A stretch of DNA of 64,000 nt from Pseudonocardiaceae bacterium (GTDB taxonomy: Bacteria; Actinomycetota; Actinomycetes; Mycobacteriales; Pseudonocardiaceae). The stretch's first letter is position 1, and every line of letters starts with the position of its first letter. Below, one piece after another: positions 10,429 to 19,453 of this stretch. The translations under genes and the position numbers were made by a program. The stretch covers positions 28,941 through 92,940 of the forward strand of contig JBOHFR010000009.1 of the NCBI GenBank assembly GCA_050699715.1. The letters are read 5' to 3'. Under the pieces are notes generated by a model. That model did not search any database and was not told where the DNA came from. It worked only from the letters and a program-made list of their open reading frames with translations.

Positions 10429-10462
10429 AGCTATTGCGTTCTCCTGGGTTGGGGCAGGGAGC

Positions 10463-13400
10463 TCACGGGCATGGAGGGCGGTACGCCAGGTCGGGCAGGA
10501 AGCGGTCCCATTCGCTCTTGCTGATCGCGGGCCATGCGATGGCGCAGATTCGGGCGGCAACACTGTCGACGTTGGCGTCCCACAGTCGCGCGGTGTTGTC
10601 ACCGCTGGCGGTGGCCATAGTGCGCCCGTTAGGACTGAAGGCTACCGAGAAGACGGCGTTGGTGTGACCGGTGAGGGAGCCCAGTGACGTGGGATGGTAG
10701 GGGTTGCGGACATCCCACAGCCGCGTGGTGTGGTCGTCGCTGGCGGTGGCCACGGTGTGCCCGTCCGGACTGAACGCCACCGAACGGACGATGTTGGTGT
10801 GGCCGGTGAGGGTGCCCAGCGGGCTAGGACGGTGGAGGTCACGCAGATCCCACAACCGCGCGGTGTTGTCGAAGCTGCCGGTGGCCACGGTGTGCCCGTC
10901 GGGACTGAACGCCACGGAGTCGACGCCGTTGGTGTGGCCGGTGAGGACGCCCAACGGGCTAGGACGGTGGGCGTCGCGGACATCCCACAACCGCGCGGTA
11001 TGGTCGACGCTGCCGGTGGCCAGGGTGTGCCCATCGGGGCTGAAAGCCACCGCGTAGACGGTGTTGGTGTGGCCGGTGAGGATGCTCAGGGAGCCCGGAT
11101 GGTAAGGGTCGCGGACATCCCACAACCGCGCGGTATGGTCGACGCTAGCGGTGGCCACGGTGTGCCCGTCAGGACTGAACGCCACCGAGCGGACGTAGCC
11201 GGTGTGGCCGGTGAGGGTGCCCAGCGGGCTGGGACGGTGGGGGTCGCTGACATTCCACAGTCGTGCGGTGTGGTCGTCGCTAGCGGTGGCCACGGTGTGC
11301 CCATCGGGGCTGAACGCTACCGAGTCGACGCCGTTGGTGTGGCCGGTGAGGATGCCCAGCGGGCTGGGACGGTGGGGGTCACGCACATCCCACAATCGCG
11401 CGGTGCTGTCGACGCTGGCGGTGGCCAGGGTGTCCCCGTCGGGACTGAAGGCCACCGAGCGGACGATGTTGGTGTGGCCAACCACGATGGGTCCAGGAAG
11501 GTCCCACAGCCGCGCGGTGTTGTCACCGCTGGCGGTGGCCACGGTGTGCCCGTCGGGGCTGAAAGCCACCGCGTAGACGGTGTTGGTGTGGCCGGTGAGG
11601 GTGCTCAGCGGGCTGGGACGGTGGGGGTCGCTGACATCCCACAGTCGTGCGGTGTTGTCGTAGCCGCCGGTGGCGAGGGTGTGCCCATCGGGGCTGAAGG
11701 CCACTGACAAGACGTAGCTAGTGTGGCCGGTGAGGGTGCTCAGCGGGCTGGGACGGTGGGGGTCGCTGACATCCCACAGTCGTGCGGTGTTGTCGAAGCT
11801 GCCGGTGGCCAGGGTGTGCCCGTCGAAGCTGAAGGCCACCGAGCGGACGGTGTTGGTATGGCCGGTGAGGATGCTCAGGGGCGTGGGGTGGTGGAGGTCG
11901 CTGACATCCCACAACCGCGCGGTGTTATCGACGCTGCCAGTGGCCACGGTCTGCCCGTCGGGGCTAAAGGCCACCGAGTAGACCGCGTTGGAGTGGCCGG
12001 TGAGGGTGCTCAGGGGCGTGGGATGGTGGGGGTCGCTGACATTCCACAGTCGCGCGGTGTTATCGACGCTGCCAGTGGCCACGGTGCGCCCGTCCGGGCT
12101 AAAAGCCACCGAGTAGACCGCGTTGGAGTGGCCGGTGAGAATGCCCAGCGGGCTGGGACGGTGCGGGTCACGCACATCCCACAACCGCACAGTGCTGTCG
12201 ACGCTGCCAGTGGCCACGGTGCGCCCGTCCGGGCTAAAAGCCACCGAGCGGACCGCGTTGGTGTGGCCGGTGAGAATGCCCAGCGGGCTGGGACGGTGCG
12301 GGTCACGCACATCCCACAGTCGCGCGGTGTTATCGACGCTGCCAGTGGCCACGGTGCGCCCATCCGGGCTAAAAGCCACCGAGTAGACGGGGCTGGTGTG
12401 GCCGGTGAGTTGGGTGGCGTAGGGGGTGGCGAAGGTATTAAGCAGACTGCTGCGGGCTTCTGTGGTGGGGGCAAGCTGGTAGGCGGCCAGACCAAGTTGG
12501 GCGGCCAGGGCCGGGTTTGCTGCACGTAGCTCCATGGCCTGTCCCACGACTTGCCGTGACACCGCGACATCCCGTTGTCGCACTGCGGCACGTTGCTGGG
12601 CGAAGGCGAAACCAGAGGCAACCACAGCAAGGACCAGCAGGACTGACAGGACAGTCACCGCACGTCCCCGCCGGTAGCGATCCCGGCGGATGCTGAGCCG
12701 CAGGAAGGCCCGCGCCGTCGGGCTGAGCTCGACGCGATCGGTGACCAGCTCATGGGCCTGGAGGTGGGCGCCGGTGTCGGCTACCGTGGCGGCAAGTTGC
12801 CCACGTTCCCACAACCGGCCCGATGGTCGCCCCTCGTCGTCCCATTCGGCGGCGGCCTGCTCGAGCAACCGGCGCGCCCGCAACGCCGACACATTGGCGG
12901 TGATCGCCTGGGCCAGCGGTGCCCAGGCGGACAAAAACGCCTCGTGGGCCACCCCCACGACCACGCCGCTGTGGTCCGTATCGGTGATCAGCAGCCGTCG
13001 TGTGACGAAAGGTTCCAGTTCGGCGACCACGGGATCGGGCAGCTCACCGCGGTTGAGCCGCCATCGGGTGGGACGGCCCTGTTCATCGACGGTGACCAGC
13101 CGAAGCAGCCCGGCAATGACCTGCTCGCGACCACAACCCGCAGTGTCGATCGCGGCGGTGAGGGCTTCGTCGGCCTGACGGGTCAGTGCACCTTGCACCC
13201 CGCCGAGCTCGTCGTACCGTGCGGTGGACAGCTGTCCCCCACGGCGGACTCCCTTGGCGAGCTGGGCCAGAGTGAACGCCAGCAGCGGGAGTGCCTCTCC
13301 GGTGTCGGTGTCCGCGACCAGCCGGGCGACTAGGTGGTCCTCAACGTCGATGCCGACCAACCGGGCCGGCCCCTCGATCACCAGGTGCAGCGCCTCGCGG

Positions 13401-14500
13401 TGCAGCGGCCGCAAAGGGTAGATGCTCGTGGCCAAGGTGGCCAGGTGCGAGTCACCGAGCAGGCGGTCGAGGAACTCCGGGCGCACGGTACCCACGACCC
13501 GCACCGGACCGGCCAGTGCCGGACGCAGCAGCGCGGCGAACCGAGCCCGCGCGGCTGGCGCCGTCTGAGTGAGCAGCTCCTCGAACTGGTCCACCACGAC
13601 CAGCAGGTGTCGCAACGGACCGCCCGGGTTCGCCAGCAGCAGCTCGTCGGCAACTCCCACCAGACCGCAGGTGGCAAGCTGATGGCCTACCTGGGCAGGC
13701 GTCCAATCCAGGTCGCTGCGCCGTGCGGCGACGGTCAGTTCCCGGGCCAATGCCGCGATGGGATCGGCTCCCGGCAGGATGGGCGGCAGTGTCAGCCAAG
13801 CCGGCTCCTCGGCCATCACATGCAGCAGCCCGGCCCGGACCAGCGAGGACTTGCCGCACCCTGAGGGACCGACGACGAGCAATACGGCCGCTTTGGCCTG
13901 CTCGGCGGAGGATCGCAGCAGCTCAGCGAGTTCCCCCGTCTCGTCGTCTCGGCCGAAGAACACCTGATGCCGCCCGACGTCGAAGGGCCGCAGCCCCGGG
14001 AACGGGGACCGATCGTCCGGCCAACCGAAACCCCCGGCGGCATCGACCCGGCGCAACGCCTCGCCAAGCGCGCCAGGGACAGCTGCCGGATTCCGGGTCA
14101 GGTCAAGACGCTGCACATCGGCCAGCAGCGGATGGACAACTCCCGGCTCGGCCAGTATCGGAATGACCCGAGTTCCCCGCGACTGAGCGATCGCCACTTC
14201 AGCGGTGCACCAGGTGGACACCAGATAAGCTGAGGTCAGGACACACACCACCGCGTCGGCTGACCGCAACCGCTCGTGGAGCCGCACGCGCCACTGCTCT
14301 CCGGCAGCGATTCCATCCCGCAGATCCGCAGCCAGGAACACCTCGTGGCGACCGTCCTTGAGCCACTGGAGCACCTGGCGGGCCAGAGCTACGTCCTCGC
14401 TCGCGTAGCTGACGAATACCTCGGCCACTGCCCCTCCCCCGCCCAGTGTAAACAGACACCAGGCCATGCCTCCACGCAGTGAGACGTCGGTGAGTGGCAC
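10463..14500 (-). CDS. TIR-STAND NTPase-TM-WD40(x14) NLR-like protein
   Basis: TIR 'VFVSYASEDV...WCTAEV'. Walker A 'GPSGCGKSS'. Walker B-like 'LLVVVDQFEEL'. One hydrophobic helix 'AVTVLSVLLVLAVVASGFAFA'. Then 14 WD40 units. The start may be the internal Met at 14467. Confidence 0.9.
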   Translation of the reverse strand: MPLTDVSLRGGMAWCLFTLGGGGAVAEVFVSYASEDVALARQVLQWLKDGRHEVFLAADLRDGIAAGEQWRVRLHERLRSADAVVCVLTSAYLVSTWCTAEVAIAQSRGTRVIPILAEPGVVHPLLADVQRLDLTRNPAAVPGALGEALRRVDAAGGFGWPDDRSPFPGLRPFDVGRHQVFFGRDDETGELAELLRSSAEQAKAAVLLVVGPSGCGKSSLVRAGLLHVMAEEPAWLTLPPILPGADPIAALARELTVAARRSDLDWTPAQVGHQLATCGLVGVADELLLANPGGPLRHLLVVVDQFEELLTQTAPAARARFAALLRPALAGPVRVVGTVRPEFLDRLLGDSHLATLATSIYPLRPLHREALHLVIEGPARLVGIDVEDHLVARLVADTDTGEALPLLAFTLAQLAKGVRRGGQLSTARYDELGGVQGALTRQADEALTAAIDTAGCGREQVIAGLLRLVTVDEQGRPTRWRLNRGELPDPVVAELEPFVTRRLLITDTDHSGVVVGVAHEAFLSAWAPLAQAITANVSALRARRLLEQAAAEWDDEGRPSGRLWERGQLAATVADTGAHLQAHELVTDRVELSPTARAFLRLSIRRDRYRRGRAVTVLSVLLVLAVVASGFAFAQQRAAVRQRDVAVSRQVVGQAMELRAANPALAAQLGLAAYQLAPTTEARSSLLNTFATPYATQLTGHTSPVYSVAFSPDGRTVATGSVDNTARLWDVRDPHRPSPLGILTGHTNAVRSVAFSPDGRTVATGSVDSTVRLWDVRDPHRPSPLGILTGHSNAVYSVAFSPDGRTVATGSVDNTARLWNVSDPHHPTPLSTLTGHSNAVYSVAFSPDGQTVATGSVDNTARLWDVSDLHHPTPLSILTGHTNTVRSVAFSFDGHTLATGSFDNTARLWDVSDPHRPSPLSTLTGHTSYVLSVAFSPDGHTLATGGYDNTARLWDVSDPHRPSPLSTLTGHTNTVYAVAFSPDGHTVATASGDNTARLWDLPGPIVVGHTNIVRSVAFSPDGDTLATASVDSTARLWDVRDPHRPSPLGILTGHTNGVDSVAFSPDGHTVATASDDHTARLWNVSDPHRPSPLGTLTGHTGYVRSVAFSPDGHTVATASVDHTARLWDVRDPYHPGSLSILTGHTNTVYAVAFSPDGHTLATGSVDHTARLWDVRDAHRPSPLGVLTGHTNGVDSVAFSPDGHTVATGSFDNTARLWDLRDLHRPSPLGTLTGHTNIVRSVAFSPDGHTVATASDDHTTRLWDVRNPYHPTSLGSLTGHTNAVFSVAFSPNGRTMATASGDNTARLWDANVDSVAARICAIAWPAISKSEWDRFLPDLAYRPPCP
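10570..12410 (-). repeat. Tandem ~132-nt coding repeats (14 near-identical WD40 blades)
   Basis: Unit 'GHTxxVxSVAFSPDG(H/R)T(V/L)AT(G/A)SxDxTARLWDVxDPHRPSPLxxLT' recurs 14 times. The mirrored repeat is also visible in the antisense shadow ORFs. Confidence 0.85.
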
Positions 14501-14679
14501 AGGTCATGCCTGGGGGTGGCTCTCATCGTTGTCACATCAGCGGCTCGTGAGGATCCTGGAGGAGGGATTCAGGATTCGTTTCTCGGCCGAGTGCGGTTGC
14601 TCGCCGACGGTGCGTGCCACAATGATCAGAGAGGAGAATGTGCATGTCCGCGCCGTCATCGACGCAGGCCAAGTGTGTG

Positions 14680-15318
14680 ATGCGCAAACTTCCGCACGTC
14701 ACGTTGCTGTTCTGGATTGTGGAGATCGTCGCCGTTACGCTGGGGGAAACCTCCGGAGACTTGTTGGGAATCACCCTCAAGATCGGCTACGTCGCCACCG
14801 CGTTGATCTTTCTCGCGTTTTTTCTGGTCGTCGTGGTAGCCTAGGTCACAGCCACACGGTTCCATTCGGCCCTATTCTGGGCGGTGGTCCTGGGTACCAG
14901 CATGGTCGGTACCGATCTCGGATTTCTTGAACCGCAGGTTCGGTCACGGCAGCGCCCAACACGGAATCGGTTACGCGTGGGGTGCGGTCATCCTCACCAG
15001 CATCTTGGCGATCGTCTTTCTGGTGTGGTGGCGCACGGGGCAGACCTACAACGTGAAGAACATTGCCACCCGCAAGACCGGCCTGGGGTTCCGCAACGCC
15101 TTTTTCATCATCGCCGGGATCATACTGGTGATCGTGACCGCGCACTACCTGACCAGCATCAACGGCATGGTGCTGTTCTGGCTGACGTTCATCCTGACCC
15201 GCCCGTTGGCGGCAGCCGGGGCGACTCGTTGACCAAACCGGTGGACGAGGCAGCCTGGGCTGGGGCACGGTGGGATGTCCGCTGCCACCCGCTGGAACTG
15301 CTTGCGTTCCCCGCATGA
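14680..15318 (+). pseudogene. Decayed membrane protein (COG4705-like repeat membrane protein)
   Basis: 'MRKLPHVTLLFWIVEIVAVTLGETSGD' ends at a TAG (14842). Homologous-looking segments continue in two other frames ('WAVVLGTSMVGTDL', 'LFWLTFILTRP', 'GDSLTKPVDE'). Confidence 0.5.
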
Positions 15319-15336
15319 CCAGGTAACCTAGCGGTC

Positions 15337-15492
15337 GTGATCACTTTCGGCATCATCTTGCTCATCGTGGGGCTCCTGATCCATAGCCCGGTTCTGTGGA
15401 CCATCGGGATCATTCTGGCAGTGATCGGGGCGATCCTGGCCCTGCTCGGCGCCGCCGGGCGCGCCGTGTTCGGCCGACGACATTACTGGTGA
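15337..15492 (+). CDS. Small two-helix membrane protein (51 aa, GTG start)
   Basis: 'VITFGIILLIVGLLIHSPVLWTIGIILAVIGAILALLGAAGRAVFGRRHYW' resembles small membrane proteins widespread in actinomycetes. Below the ORF-track length cutoff. Confidence 0.45.
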   Translation: MITFGIILLIVGLLIHSPVLWTIGIILAVIGAILALLGAAGRAVFGRRHYW

Positions 15493-15495
15493 CAC

Positions 15496-15972
15496 TCACG
15501 AGGTGCGCGGTTGGAGCAGTGTCTTGATCATGCCGCCGTAGACACCGCTCAGCGAGATGGTGCCGCCGCGACGGACCAGCTCGATCGCCGTGTACAACGC
15601 CGCGAGCCGGTCGATGCCGACGGTCGTCATCAGCTTTTCGGCGACCCCGTCAGGCAGCAGTGAGGTTAGTTGGTGAGCGAGTTTGCCGACCGGGGAGCCG
15701 TGGGCTTCCATGCCCACCGCGTCGATCACGGCCTCCGGGCCCCGCCCGCCGGTGAGACCACGCGCGATCTCGGTAAGGTCTTTGCCGTAGGTTTCCAGAT
15801 CGATTGTTCTCACGCCGTGGTCCTGAGCGCGGCGCAGCCGCTCGGGCACCAGATCGATGCCGATCACGTTGTCAATGCCGTGGTGTTGAGCGATGCGGGT
15901 GCACATGTCCCCGATCGGGCCCAGGCCCAGCACCACCAGGCTGCCGCTGGGCGGGACATCAGCGTATGCCAC
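15496..15972 (-). pseudogene. Zn-dependent alcohol/formaldehyde dehydrogenase fragment (cofactor-binding domain only)
   Basis: Rossmann 'VVLGLGPIGDM' and 'GGTISLSGVYGG' are present. The N-terminal catalytic domain and the C-terminal end are missing. Confidence 0.6.
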
Positions 15973-16828
15973 GGCTTGCCAGGCAGTACTCGGTGATGCT
16001 CGCCGACGAGTACGGGCGCGCGAAGTTCTCCGGCAACGTGAACCCGAGCATCCGCCCCAGCCCGATGGCCATGTCTGAATAGCCAGAGAAGTCGAAGTAC
16101 AGCTGCAACGTGTATCCGATTGCCCCGAGCCAGGCGTTCGCGGTGGTCATCTGGTCGGCTGGGGTGGCGAAGCAGGCGTCCACCATAGGCGCGAGTGAGT
16201 CCGCGATCACCACCTTCTTGGTCAGCCCGAGGGCGAAGCGTGGGAATCCGGTGGCGATGTCGTCCAACCGGTGGCTGCATGGCTGGGTGAGCTGATCCGC
16301 AATCTCCCGGTAGCGCACGATTGGTCCCGCGACCAGCTGGGGGAACATCGCGATGTAGGCGACGAATGGGATCTTCTTGCGCAGTGCCCGGCGCTCGCCA
16401 CGGTAGATGTCCACCACGTAGGAGATGTGGTGGAACGTGTAGAAGGAGATTCCGATCGGCAAGGTAAGCGAGACGGTGGGCAGATCAAGCCCAGTGAACG
16501 ACGCCAGCCTGGCGGCCTGCGCGCTGGCGAAACCAGCGTACTTCCAGATGACGAGGACCGCGACGTCGAAGACAATAACGCCGATCAGGATCCGCCGACG
16601 CCGCTTCGGTTCGGGCTCCCCGCCGTCGGGTTGCACCGCCGGACCCACCACGTAATTGACGACCATGCAGGCCAGCAGCAAGAGTGTCGCCGGGCCCGCA
16701 CCCACCGCGTAGAAGACCAGGCTGGCGGCCGCCACGATGCCGTTGCGCCAGCTGCGGGGCGTGACCAACACGGCCGTGAGAACAGCCGGCAGGAAATACC
16801 ACAGGAACATCGGGCTGGCGAAGGACAT
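15959..16828 (-). pseudogene. MBOAT-family O-acyltransferase (AlgI/DltB-like), 3'-truncated
   Basis: 'FYTFHHISYVVDIYRG', 'FPQLVAGPIVRY', 'YSDMAIGLGRMLGF'. Homology stops at '...SITEY' about where 'WRRWH' is expected, and runs straight into the ADH fragment. Confidence 0.65.
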
Positions 16829-16933
16829 GGCAGCGGCGCAGCCTAGCGACGGGCCACCGAGTCCCGGCGGCCCGGGCGGGCCAGCCAGCCCTGGGACAGC
16901 GCGGCGGCGTGCGAGGCTCTACCATCGGTAGCT

Positions 16934-17098
16934 ATGCACTTCATCATGGCGCAAGCTGGCCTTCTCGCCGCCGAGTTCGAGGCCCGGGGTTTCCTCGCGG
17001 GTGTCGGGAAGACCATCCTCGTTTTGATCATCATTCTTGTCGCCATCGGGGGATTGATCGGGTTCTCGGTGGCTCGCAGGTTCGGCCAGCGCAGGTAG
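16934..17098 (+). CDS. Small membrane protein (54 aa)
   Basis: ATG ORF 'MHFIMAQAGLLAAEFEARGFLAGVGKTILVLIIILVAIGGLIGFSVARRFGQRR' with one TM helix. Below the ORF-track cutoff. Confidence 0.35.
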   Translation: MHFIMAQAGLLAAEFEARGFLAGVGKTILVLIIILVAIGGLIGFSVARRFGQRR

Positions 17099-17161
17099 GC
17101 GCATAGCGGCCCGGTGAGCAGGGGAGGTCAAGCAGTCGTCGATGACGGGCTCCCGATAAGG

Positions 17162-17535
17162 TCAGCAGCGAATCACCGGCACGGACCTTCCTGCCGCGCT
17201 GACTAGGCGTGCAATGTCCTGGGGATCGCTGGTGAGGATGCGATCGCCGGGGTACGCAACCAGCACCAGCGTGGCGTCGATCGGGTCCTGGGTGCCCTCC
17301 TGGCCGATCAGTACCCCGGCTGCTCTCCCCGTCTCGTCGTGGACCGGGCGGACATCGACGCCCCGAAGCAGCCGCGCCTGACGCCCCTGGGGTCACGCCA
17401 CACCTGGGCTACGACGATCGCGTTGCTGCGAAGCTCCATACCGTTCCGCTGCGCCACCCGTAGCCGAGCGATCACCGCCCGATCATCGCGCTCCACCGCC
17501 AGGAACGCGCCCGCCTCGAGAACGAGTACGCTCAC
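17162..17535 (-). pseudogene. PIN-domain (VapC-like) toxin, frameshifted near 17390
   Basis: 'VLVLEAGAFLAVERDDRAVIARLR...NAIVVAQVWRDP' continues in another frame as 'QGRQARLLRGVDVRPVHDETGRAAGVL...DPIDATLVLVAYPGDRILTSDPQDIARL'. The 374-nt span is not a multiple of 3. Confidence 0.6.
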
Positions 17536-17672
17536 TCCGCCGAATCTGCCGCCCGCAGTCCGAGTTCCCGCTCGGCCTGCTCCAGCTCCGCAGCGGTGAA
17601 GGCTCCGTGCTCGCGTTCCCACTCGTCCAGATACTGTTCGAGAGCCTCGGCGCGGAGTTTGCTGGCAGGCAT
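17532..17672 (-). CDS. Putative type II antitoxin (46 aa)
   Basis: 'MPASKLRAEALEQYLDEWEREHGAFTAAELEQAERELGLRAADSAE'. Its TGA overlaps the toxin GTG (GTGA). Confidence 0.5.
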   Translation of the reverse strand: MPASKLRAEALEQYLDEWEREHGAFTAAELEQAERELGLRAADSAE

Positions 17673-17699
17673 TACAGTCGAGCCCAAGCCATGAGACCG

Positions 17700-18560
17700 T
17701 CACCGGCCAGGTTTCGGCGATGTGCTCCCGCTGCTGCGGGGTGTCGGCGTGGTTGCGGCCGAGGATGACGGTGTGGCGTGGGAGCACCGGTACCGGGGAG
17801 CAGCCGGATCGAAACCAGCGACCCGCTCGCAGGTGGTGATGGACCCGTCGGACTCCTCGACTGTCCAGCTCACCGGCGGCTCACCCCGGAGACCCTGGTC
17901 CCCTTTGGCGCCCTGGCATTGGGTGGGTTGAGCCAGACACGGAGCAGACTTGCCAGGCGCTCCCGGGTCACCCTGAGGTCCACGCAGTCCCTGGGCGTTG
18001 GCCGCGAGGTAGGCCTGCACCGCTGCGGTGAGCTGTTGGGGGGCCGGCCCTACGGGTGGCGGGGGCAGCTTGGCCAGTGCTGCCGCGATGTCCCCCTGGA
18101 TTTGCGTGGGAGTGCGCTCCACGCTGGACTCACGGGCGATCTTCGCCGCGACCTGGGCTGCGGACGACGCGGCGAGCACCTGGGAATCCGGCGCGGTCCC
18201 CAGTGTGGGGATTGCGACCGGTGTCAAGCCGCGGCGGGTGAGTTCGGCGTTGGCTTGGACCCCGAGATCGTGGGCGCTCTGCGCGAGCCGCTGAATGCTC
18301 TGCGCTTCAGACTGGAACAGGGCCGCGTTCGCCTTGTCAAGTTTTTCGTGATCCGAGAACCTGCTGGCAAGCAGCGCCAGCGGGGCGCCAATCAGCACGG
18401 ATGTGATCACCGAGGCCACCACCGCAGCCCGGAAGTAGGCCCGTCCTTCACGCCTGATCTCCTGCCGCGCGACCTGCGGGGCAACGTGGGCCGTTCGCGT
18501 AATGGAATCCCGCAGTTGGTCCAGGCCCTGGGTGAGCTCATCCACGCTGGTCATGGGCAT
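17700..18560 (-). CDS. Membrane-anchored hypothetical protein with a short collagen-like G-X-Y stretch
   Basis: TM 'AVVASVITSVLIGAPLALLA'. 'GLRGPQGDPGAPGK...GAKGDQGLRGEP'. Confidence 0.5.
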   Translation of the reverse strand: MPMTSVDELTQGLDQLRDSITRTAHVAPQVARQEIRREGRAYFRAAVVASVITSVLIGAPLALLASRFSDHEKLDKANAALFQSEAQSIQRLAQSAHDLGVQANAELTRRGLTPVAIPTLGTAPDSQVLAASSAAQVAAKIARESSVERTPTQIQGDIAAALAKLPPPPVGPAPQQLTAAVQAYLAANAQGLRGPQGDPGAPGKSAPCLAQPTQCQGAKGDQGLRGEPPVSWTVEESDGSITTCERVAGFDPAAPRYRCSHATPSSSAATTPTPRSSGSTSPKPGR

Positions 18561-18786
18561 CCGTCATCTGCATCACCTCGAGCTGTCTGATACGGGTCTG
18601 CAGGTCAGCAAGCGAGGACTGGACTATCATCACTAACTTCACAGCCTCACTGGCCAGTTGCGCAATCGCCGCGGACTCCGGCGATTCGGGGGTGGCCCGG
18701 CCTGATGTGAACCGCTCCACGACCAGCGGACCAACCAGAGCCGTGACCACAACCCCACCCAGGGAAATCACCGCGATAGTGATCAT
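18538..18786 (-). CDS. Small membrane protein
   Basis: Internal Met 'MITIAVISLGGVVVTALVGPLVV' of ORF 18538..19014. The upstream ORF extension looks non-coding. Confidence 0.4.
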   Translation of the reverse strand: MITIAVISLGGVVVTALVGPLVVERFTSGRATPESPESAAIAQLASEAVKLVMIVQSSLADLQTRIRQLEVMQMTDAHDQRG

Positions 18787-18875
18787 CAGCCACGGTGGCC
18801 CAAGAACCTCCGCAGTGCTTCCAGTCTCCACCCCTGCTCCGTTTCGCGGCCAAGAAGGAACAGCCCGGCCAGCCC

Positions 18876-19310
18876 CTAGCCTGAGAACGCGGGGCCCGAG
18901 AAGGTGGGAACCTTGCCGTTCTTCACTGCTTGGTGATTTAATTCCCAAGCGTTCAGCACAGTGAGCGGCAGGCGGCCACGCTCGTTGACACTGTGACCGT
19001 TCTGCTTGGCCCACTCGCGGATGGCCTTGAGCGTATCTCGGTTATAACCGCTGCTCGCAACACCACCGTTGCCTTTGCTGGCTCGCCGACCAGTCGAACG
19101 GTCGGCGCCATGAACGTTCGGGCGCCGCGCACTGGTCTTGCGAGCAGCCGCGACGTAACGGGCCAGGTTGTCACGAAGCTTGGCGGCGTTGTCGTCGGCC
19201 AAGTCGATCTCGTACGTGACACCCTCGAGCGCGAACTCGACTGTCGAAATATCCTCAGCTTCCTCGCCGGTGAGGTCATCGATGAGGGTGACGATGGTCT
19301 TCTGAGCCAC
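18876..19310 (-). CDS. lsr2: Lsr2-family nucleoid-associated protein
   Basis: 'VAQKTIVTLIDDLTGEEAEDISTVEFALEGVTYEIDLADDNAAKLRDNLARYVAAARK' and C-terminal 'IREWAKQNGHSVNERGRLP'. GTG start preceded by AAGGAG. Confidence 0.85.
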   Translation of the reverse strand: MAQKTIVTLIDDLTGEEAEDISTVEFALEGVTYEIDLADDNAAKLRDNLARYVAAARKTSARRPNVHGADRSTGRRASKGNGGVASSGYNRDTLKAIREWAKQNGHSVNERGRLPLTVLNAWELNHQAVKNGKVPTFSGPAFSG

Positions 19311-19453
19311 AGTTACAGAGTCTCCTTGTCGGGAGGAAGACGGCATAGGAACAACTGCCGTGCCGTGAACGCTGACCGCAATAAGATACACACTGCTCGG
19401 CGATGCGAGTCCGCGACATGCCGAAAACGCCAGTTTCACCTCTCCCGAGCGCT

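Noticed and set aside
10570-12410. Possible CRISPR array or minisatellite
   Set aside because: Units are about 132 nt, contiguous with no unique spacers, in frame, and encode canonical WD40 blades.
10694-12529. Repetitive plus-strand ORFs (337 aa and 268 aa, 'VADIPQPRGVV...' repeats)
   Set aside because: Mirror image of the WD40 coding repeats on the minus strand, not an independent gene.
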